The notes beneath the pieces are model-generated. The model did not search any database. It was not told where the DNA came from and saw nothing but the letters and a program-made list of their open reading frames with translations. 64,000 bases of DNA from an uncultured virus (IMG/VR IMGVR_UViG_3300037397_000012) (Duplodnaviria > Heunggongvirae > Uroviricota > Caudoviricetes). The stretch lies in the IMG/VR virus record IMGVR_UViG_3300037397_000012; one strand, 5' to 3'. Both the position numbers and the translations under genes were made by a program. Of the stretch, positions 56,046-64,000 are shown one piece after another; the first letter of the stretch is position 1; each line of letters starts with the position of its first letter.

Positions 56046-56654
56046 TTATTGATTATAAAAATCATCTATTAGCTTATATATACTTTCAAGTAATCTATCT
56101 TCCATTCTATAATTATATTCCAAACGTTCTTTTTCCTCTTTTAATAATTCATATTCTTCTTTTAACTCCATGTATTTCATTTTATAATCAATCTGTTCAT
56201 CTTCTCATTTATAATTCATAGCATACCATCATAAACACTTATTGTAACTTCTTCTATTTTCAATAACTCTATCATCTGCTCAATATCAATTACCATTACC
56301 TGTATTAGCTTCTAGTATTATTATTCAATCATTATAAGACTCTAAGACTATAGCAACATGTCACATGGTTCAATATTCCCAAAAAATAAGATCTCATATA
56401 TTAGGTTTCAATCATTTTTTATAATTTGTTTTTTTAAAAAAATAATCTCAGTTTTTCTGTCAATGTAAAAAATTTTTTTGAAACGCATTTTTTGCATTTC
56501 CATAAAAGTATATTGATGGAATTCAAAATTGATCTCTTAACCATAGTTTAGCTAAATCCACGCATTGTCCTCAAAAAGCTCAGTCTATATCTATAGATTG
56601 TCAATACTTTCAAAGCCGTTTTTCTTTGAATTCTTTAATGTTTAATTTGCTCAT
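56046..56654 (-). CDS. CHAP-domain endolysin, 202 aa
   Basis: K[CGG]LG...DIDGAFGGQCVDL...GNAK...GDLIFW...GHVAIV...LEAN. Confidence 0.9.
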
Positions 56655-56698
56655 AATTTAGTTAATAATAAAATAAAAGCAGTCTCGTGTGATTTTCT

Positions 56699-56899
56699 CT
56701 ACACTACTGTATTTTTACTGTTAATAATTCTGTCTTCTTCCTTGTGGATATTATAAAGTATTTCTTTTAATTCTTTTAACACTCTTTGTGTTGTTTCGTT
56801 CTCATCATGATATAAAATATTTTCAACTTCTAAAATAATTTTTTCTATCATCTTTTTTTCAACTTCTAGTATTTCTAAATTTTTCATAAATGCTGCCAT
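56699..56899 (-). CDS. Hypothetical protein, 66 aa
   Basis: Track ORF; TTGACA -35 box upstream on the minus strand (56971-56976). Confidence 0.55.
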   Translation of the reverse strand: MAAFMKNLEILEVEKKMIEKIILEVENILYHDENETTQRVLKELKEILYNIHKEEDRIINSKNTVV

Positions 56900-57060
56900 T
56901 AATATAATAATATATTAAGATATAATACTTTTCAATCCTCACTTATATATATTAGTGTATCACTAGTTAATGTCAAAAGATTTTATATAGTTTTTTACTT
57001 GTTTTTTATATGACTATTATTATAATAAATATGTATTTTTTATTTATTAATAATATTATT

Positions 57061-57519
57061 ATGACAAATATTAAGGTTCTAATTGATAATTTAAGAAAAG
57101 ATCTTTTTGAAAATTTAGATAAATCTAAAAAGATACTTTCTATACTTAAAGAAAATCCAGCTTTCCCATATAACCTAGAGATTGAAGCAGCAAAATGTAT
57201 ATGAGAAATAAGAACTGCTACATTAAGATATAAAAACATACTTAAATACTTAGAGAATGATAACTCTTTATTGTCTTTAGATAATATAAGAGAATTAACA
57301 AAAGACGAAAAAGATGAGTTTAAAAAACTTCGAAAAGAAAGTAAATCTCTTCCAGATGATTGACCATGAATGAATACTGATGATAGACATAGAATGCTGT
57401 CTTTAATGTTTCTTGATCAAGCCAATAAACTTAAAGATATGGCAATTAAAGAAAATGATGAAAATGCAAAGAAGCAAGCATTAAGAAATTATGAATGATA
57501 TATTAAGTATTCAAAATAA
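57061..57519 (+). CDS. Hypothetical protein, 152 aa (only clear plus-strand gene)
   Basis: Open through four TGA codons to TAA; TTGTTT...TATAAT upstream. Confidence 0.7.
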
Positions 57520-57531
57520 TTTGTAATAATT

Positions 57532-57563
57532 AAAAAAGACTATGAATTAATTCTAGTCTTTTT
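57532..57563. terminator. Bidirectional intrinsic terminator
   Basis: aaaaagacta...tagtcttttt between convergent genes. Confidence 0.7.
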
Positions 57564-57786
57564 TTGGTGTCTTAAATTTTCAGTATATTAAATTATATAT
57601 TCTTTCTTGTATTTCTGTTCTGTTACATTCCATTATACCATCTAGCTGTGACTGATCTATATCAATCTTATCTGTAAATGTACTACTGTTTACCGTATCA
57701 GAATCTCATTTTCTTAATGACATTCTTCAATCTCTATAAGTATCAATTGTAACTAATACCATAAAATAATATTTTTAAATTTTAAA

Positions 57787-58368
57787 TTATCTATTATATA
57801 ATATCTTTGCTAGTCTTCATGGTGATATTGATATAGCATCAACTCAACATAATCTTTTTATCTCCTGTAATCAAGCAGTAACTACCTGAGAACAAAACCA
57901 TGAATCTTTTTTATAAAACAAAAGTGTTTTAAATATTTGAGCAAATACTATTCAAACATAATTATATCTTTTGTTATTTTGTTTTATACAAAAATTTAAT
58001 ACATCTAAATATTGTTGCTTACTTACTTCTATATCATGATAATCCCAATTTCATTTATTATCATCTATAAATTTAAATCTTGTTCATCAGTCAACTTCTG
58101 ATGATGAAAACCGTAAGCCATATTTTAACCAATCATCAAAGCTATAACATTTCATATTTGTATTCAATACAATACTAAAGATTCTACTAAATATATCTTG
58201 TTTTGATTTTAATATAGTATTTACATAATCTCATTTAAATACCAATTCAACATGAGAATACTTACTAAACTCTCACAGTTTATCAATATTCTTTTGTTTA
58301 AACCTTATAGCTTTTCAAAAGTTGGTTTTAGAATTTTTATAAAAAGCTACTCTGATTATATAGTGCAT
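57787..58368 (-). CDS. Permuted papain-like (YiiX/YaeF-type NlpC/P60) enzyme, 193 aa
   Basis: YSHVELV precedes WFCSQ (His-before-Cys permutation); [CGG]FSSSEVDGGTRFK. Confidence 0.8.
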
Positions 58369-58758
58369 ATTATATATTTATATTTTAAGTCCATCTATAT
58401 TTGTTCTTTCATCTTCTCTTATATTCTATATACTTTTCAGCTTTAGAAGGTCAAGATTCATCTTTCCTTTTTTGTATTACTTTCATTCTATTTTTTATCA
58501 TAACCTTTTTAGGTTTTTTATCTCAACATCCCCACATATTTTATATAGTTAAAAATTATTTTACACAATTTAAATCAAATTCATTTAATGAATCATATAT
58601 ATAATCAATTTTTTCAAACCCTGTTTCAATTCTTTTTTTGTCTATTATTGTAACTGAATTTCAGTTTATTAGACTATCAATCTTACATCATAAAAATACA
58701 AGCATTGCTATTATTATTAGCAATAGTATGTTTGTTATATTCTTACTTTCTTTAATTC

Positions 58759-59139
58759 CTATTCCTTTCATCTTAATATATTAATAATTAAACTTATTTT
58801 ATCTAATATTCATTTTAGAATTTGTCACAATCCTTTAATTCAATTAGTTTCAATATAATCAAATATAATAAAAGTCAATCCTCATGATATAGATGTAATA
58901 GAGTATCGCATATCTCATATTGTTATTTTTCATATTCATTCTATATTTATATTCTCTGGTATAAAGTCTTGTATTACCATACCGAACCAACCAGATACTA
59001 TTATATAAATAATAAAATGTAATAGTTTAAACCTTTTTCAAAGTCTTATAGTATTAAGATAAACTGCTATTCATCAAAATCAAGCTAATAGAAAAAATAT
59101 TAAATTCTTATCTATATAATCTTTTATATCTTTATACAT
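58759..59139 (-). CDS. Putative holin (three TM segments), 126 aa
   Basis: LAGFGGIAVYL, IIVSGWFG, SISGG; lies next to lysis genes. Confidence 0.7.
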
Positions 59140-59201
59140 TATTTATTATTATCTATATATTATTATAAAGATTATAGCAATTAAAATACTATAAATCAAA
59201 T

Positions 59202-59666
59202 TTAACCTAATGCTTTTATTTTATTTTCTAATTCTATTTCCTTATCTGCATAAAATTGTTCAAAAGCATCTGTCTTATCTTTTATATATTGAGCAAATTC
59301 CTCTTTTTGTATTCATTTATTTTCTGCTCTGGCTTGTATATAAACACTATTTCATCAATTTAATACATCCTGTGCTAGTTTACTAATATATTGCATTTTC
59401 TTTTTTTTATGCTTTGGTGTTTTTTTGTTATCAAACAATATTATATTTTCATACTCTTCTATAGCATCATCAAATTCTTTATTGTATTGATCTATTTTAT
59501 TTTGTTTATCAACTTCAACCCAAGCAATTTCCAACTCTTCTTGTGTTGGTTCTATGTAATTTTCTGATATCCATTCTAAAATTCAACTATCTATATTATA
59601 ATCTCTTGTTTCAATAAAGTCACTATTAATTTTTAATAGTGCTTGTCTTATTTTATAATCATTCAT
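59202..59666 (-). CDS. Tail-fibre-associated protein (XkdW-like N-terminus), 154 aa
   Basis: ILEW...EPTQEELEIAW downstream of the tail fibre gene. Confidence 0.55.
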
Positions 59667-59684
59667 AAAATATATATTAATGTA

Positions 59685-62135
59685 TTAAACTACAACTTCA
59701 AATCAACTTCAAAATATTTTTTTACTTCAAAGCGTTCATCATGAATTATTATAGAACCTATAACTTATTTTATCTCAAGCTGAAAAACTAACTTCGCTAG
59801 TATCACTGAAAATTCAAGTAGTCCCAAATGTTATATTCAATGCAGTGTCAACTCAATTTTTTCTTAAAATAAAATTTCAGTTTGTTGTTCAATTAAACTC
59901 ATAGATGTATATAAATAAATTCTTAATTGTGCAATCTACTGGTACAACTGAAAAATATGCTTCTATTCATAATGAACTATCTAATCAAGGTGCTCAATAA
60001 TAACTATTAGTATCAGAAACTCATGTATTTAAAGCATGAGCATATGTGCATATAGAATTTCAACCTCCTCAACTAGGTGTTTGCCATTCTGGTGCTGTAG
60101 CTCAAGCATTCATTGTTAATACCTGGTCTGCTGTTCATTTTGCAAGTCTAACATTATCGCTTCAATTATGGTAAATTATATCTCATTGTGTTGTTGTTGG
60201 TGCAAGATTATCAAATGCAACAGTTTTTGTACTTCAACCTGTTCATCAGTCAGCTATAGCTAAATCAGTTATTCAACTTATACTTCATCCTGTTATACTA
60301 ACTGAATTACTGTTTTGTGTAGCAATGCTTCATAGTCACAATGTGGTTCTTTGAGCTGAATTATCAGCATCATCTAACAATGCTCTTCAGGCAGTTGTAC
60401 AAGTTATTTCTTCAACATCTCAAGCTCAAGCTGTACTTCTTCATAATAGTTTATCAGTTGCACTAACATTCTGCATTTTAGCATATGTTACTACATCATT
60501 ATCTATTGTCCATGTAGTTCAACTTCAAGATACTGTTATATCTCATTTGTCACCATCAGCAATTCATCCAATATTATCATCTACATATTTTTTATTTGCT
60601 ACTTGATAATCTGTTGTTGGAGATGAACTTGGTGTAATTAGAAAGCTTGAAAATGTTTTAACTCATGCTATTGTTTGATTTCATGTAGTAGCTACTGGAG
60701 TTATTTGTGTTGGATTTGTTACTATAAATTCTCAATCTTTATCTGGAAGTACATATGTATTTGCTGTAGTTGTTGGTAATAATGATACATCAAAATATGC
60801 CTTTTTAGTTGGATCTACATCATCAACTAAATAAGTTGAATTAGCATCTAGTCATTTATTTTGAAGTACCTCTGAACTTGTTGCACTAATTAATGTAATG
60901 TCACTATCTGGTATTATAATAGTTCTTGTTGTTCAAGTTGTAATTCAAGATACTTGGAAATTTATTTTTTTTGTAATATCTTCTTCATCAAATATTGTAA
61001 AATTATTATCTGCAAAACTTGTATTAAATGCATTAACTCATCAAGAGGCTGTTAATGGTGTTAAACCCCTTAGATCTGTAGTAGATACTACACCCCAAGT
61101 TCACCCTCAAGTTTTCATTTGTATTGTTACTCTTGCAATTAGAAATCAAGTTGAACTTTCTTTTGTAAAAGAATCAGGAATTGAAAAGTTATCATATCCA
61201 CTTATATCATTTTTGGCATCTGTTTCATTAGCATATATTCATCATGGTAAATTAATCATTATAGGATTATATGTTCAACTCTTATTCGCTACAGCCCAAA
61301 ATACTAAGTTAAAAAATTTATTGTTTCATATTAATGTACCTGTGCTATCAGATGTTATATCATATAAATTAGTTATTGATTTATATGGTGTTACACTATC
61401 ATTTATAACTAAAGCATTATCTCAAGTACTAGTATCTAATGCTGTTACTGTTTGCCTGTGCATTTGATAAATTATTCAAGCTGTAGACTTAAATTCTACA
61501 TTACCAGCAGTTGGTGACAAATATCAATCTGTACCATTTCAATCAATACCTGAATAATAAGTAGCAGGAAAGTGTCTTATTTTTTCTCATATATGAGATA
61601 AATGTCATTGGTTATTATCAAAAGCTAATTCATCATTCCGATTTTGATTTATATATACACCATTAGATTGTACATAAGTTGCACTAGGAACTAAGAAATA
61701 AGCTATCTTTATATGTTCTACATCTGTTGGAAATCAAGTTGTAGATTTAGTTAGTAACTTAGTGCTTTTAAGTATATATATAAAATTCTCTTGCGGTGAA
61801 CTATCTGATCCAGCTGTTAATTCTATTGTTAAAGCAGGCGTACAATCTAAAATTGTTTCTCAATCAGATAGATGTAAAGTTAAATCTCCTCATCCAGATT
61901 TCTCTATACTCATTGTTATAGTTGTTCAATTTGAGGATACTGTAGCATCAAATTTTTCAGCTATTGTTCAATTCCAAAAATCTCTAAATTCTCAAAATGA
62001 AATTCTATTTTCATTTCATGATGAATCTAGTCAATACAATAAATCATCAGATTTAAAATACAACTTATTAAATCATGTGTCTGGATTAGATGGTATATCT
62101 ATATTTTGTATCTCTAATGCTTTTAATTTTTTCAT
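59685..62135 (-). CDS. Tail fibre protein, 816 aa
   Basis: DGDKGDITVSG, VTYAKMQNV, GRALLDD...QRTTLGLG, LAIADGGTG fibre motifs. Confidence 0.8.
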
Positions 62136-62144
62136 GGTAAAAAA

Positions 62145-62549
62145 TTACTTAATATTTTTAATTTTATTTTCTCTTTCTATTTCACATTCTAGAATAAATT
62201 CTTCTGCTGCATTATATTTATCAACTATTTCTTTAGCATAAACCATTGGTGTTATTCATTTATTTTCTGCTAGTCTTTTTATAAAGTTATCATTTTTTCA
62301 ATCTAATATCTTTTTTGCTTTTTCTAACCTTTTATCAAATCTTTTCTGCATTTCAGATGGATATTCAGAAAGATACTCTTGTATCTTCCTGTCATATTCA
62401 TTATTTATTTCTTTTAATTTTTCTCATCTAATGTATTCGTTATAGGTTTCATTTGTTTCTAGGTATAGTTTTCATCTCTCATTTACCTTAAACTCAACTC
62501 AAAACTCTTCTTGTAGCTCAAGTTGTTTTTTTGTTAATCATTCAATCAT
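62145..62549 (-). CDS. Tail fibre assembly-like protein, 134 aa
   Basis: YPSEMQKRF...LAENKGIT...AKEIV pattern between fibre genes. Confidence 0.55.
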
Positions 62550-62566
62550 AATTAAATATTACTAAA

Positions 62567-64000
62567 TTAAATTATTGTTACATCCTGTATAACCTTTAAA
62601 CTTCATTGAGTTCAGTTATCTCAGTCTAATCAATTATTTCAGTTGTATGCTGTTCACACATATGGCGTAAGTGTTTGGTCTGTTGTGTTTTCTTCTTCAA
62701 CCTTTGTTCATCATGCTCATCATGATCATCATACTCATATTGATTGATTATATGAAATTGAATTTGTTCAACTATGATAAACTATAAGTATACCTCAGCT
62801 TCAACCTCATCAACCTCATCAACCTCATCATCAACCTCAACATCACATAACCATATTTGTTTGATTATCAACTATTGCATCTGATCAATTTCATCAATTA
62901 GTTCAACTAGTTCATGATGTATTAATTACTCAAACTCAAGATAAATCTTTTGCATATAGTAATACACCTAATCAACTTCATCATCTTTCTCATCATGCTC
63001 ATCATGCTCATCATGATCCTCAATAATTCCAACTTCATATTGGTGTTGTATCTCATACTAGTCACGAACCTGAATATGCATCTCATCAATCTCATCATAT
63101 TTGATTCACTCAACCTCACGCTCATCACGAAGAAGATCATCAATCTCATGAATTAACTATAATAAAATCAGCTCAATCAAAGTATGTTCAGTTTCAAGCT
63201 CATCATACTCAAGCTGGATTTCATCAATCTCATCAATCTCATCATCATCATGTTATGTTTATATATGTTGCTCATGGTGATGTTCAAAAATGAAACACTG
63301 ATCAAACTATTCATCATCAACCTCATCATCAATATCACAATGCTCATAATCATCATGTTCATCATGGATTTCATGAATTACTTCAATATCAAATTGTACT
63401 TCATCAATTTCATCCTCCTCATCAATTTCAACTAGATCAATTAATTACCGTTTCTCACCATATAAATGAATCTAATTCCTCATTTGCTGACCTATAAGTT
63501 GACTTATTTGATAGATCTATTTCTCAATTTATTGTACATGTTCATTTACATTTTAATTGTAAAAATCATGATACATCATTAGTTGATAACTTAGCTCATG
63601 CTGCTATGTTAATATTATCATATTGATATAATTGATTTGTATTTAAGTATGTAGTTCAACTTAATACATTTAAATCTCAGTCACTACCATCTCAATATAT
63701 GTATTCTGAAAATTCTGTTGTAGATGCTGTAAAATATTCTAATGCAGTTCATCATGCATTAACTCTTAATTGTTGTAATGGTGTTCATAATGTACTTAAT
63801 CATGTTCATCAATTGTCATATTGTAATACTGATGATACATTTGTTGAATTTAGATTTATTGGATTTACTATTATTATTTGTCATCATCATGATATTAAAT
63901 AACTTTCTGGACCTGCTAATACTACATCTCATGTATTTGTTCAACTTATATTATTTGCTGTTATATTTCATGGTGTATTTATATTTCATCAATCATCTAT
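62567..64000 (-). CDS. Glycine-rich tail/receptor-binding protein (5' end outside window)
   Basis: Long TGA/GGT runs reading as poly-Gly; GDGSDGDLNVLSG motif. Confidence 0.8.

Noticed and set aside
62922..63374. Met-rich minus-strand track ORFs
   Set aside because: Off-frame reading of TGA-TGA (Gly) runs as ATG; the real frame is the Gly-rich tail protein.

Overview
This window is most of an AT-rich tailed-phage genome (probably podovirus-like) with almost all genes on the minus strand. It only reads sensibly in an alternative code, so the supplied ORF track is fragmented and mostly shows antisense shadows. TGA=Gly (table 25; Gracilibacteria/Absconditabacteria-type host) is supported by Walker A, ABC-signature and Gly-rich motifs. 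CGG additionally falls at conserved Trp positions, suggesting a second reassignment (CGG=Trp). Layout: tail, neck, capsid, scaffold, portal and terminase genes (1-12.6 kb); a ~4,629-aa predicted virion protein with a two-barrel RNA polymerase DSDGD motif (12.6-26.5 kb); a ~1.9-kb repeat-rich non-coding region (28.9-30.85 kb); hairpin-dense, presumed early genes with a repeated promoter-like motif; replication, recombination and accessory genes (SF2 helicase, radical SAM, Dam-like MTase, SbcC-like ATPase, PD-(D/E)XK nuclease, DnaB, SSB, VRR-NUC, CaCA antiporter, TerD, HNH, DEDDh nuclease); then lysis and tail-fibre genes. Highlights: (1) a stand-alone small transcription unit with two Cas12a-type crRNA handles and no cas genes in the window; (2) an A_AAA_AAG plus hairpin -1 frameshift signal joining a membrane coiled-coil protein to a GH24 lysozyme; (3) the dual recoding; (4) the giant RNAP with candidate promoters. 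All translations and coordinates were worked out by hand and family calls come from motif recognition, not database searches.
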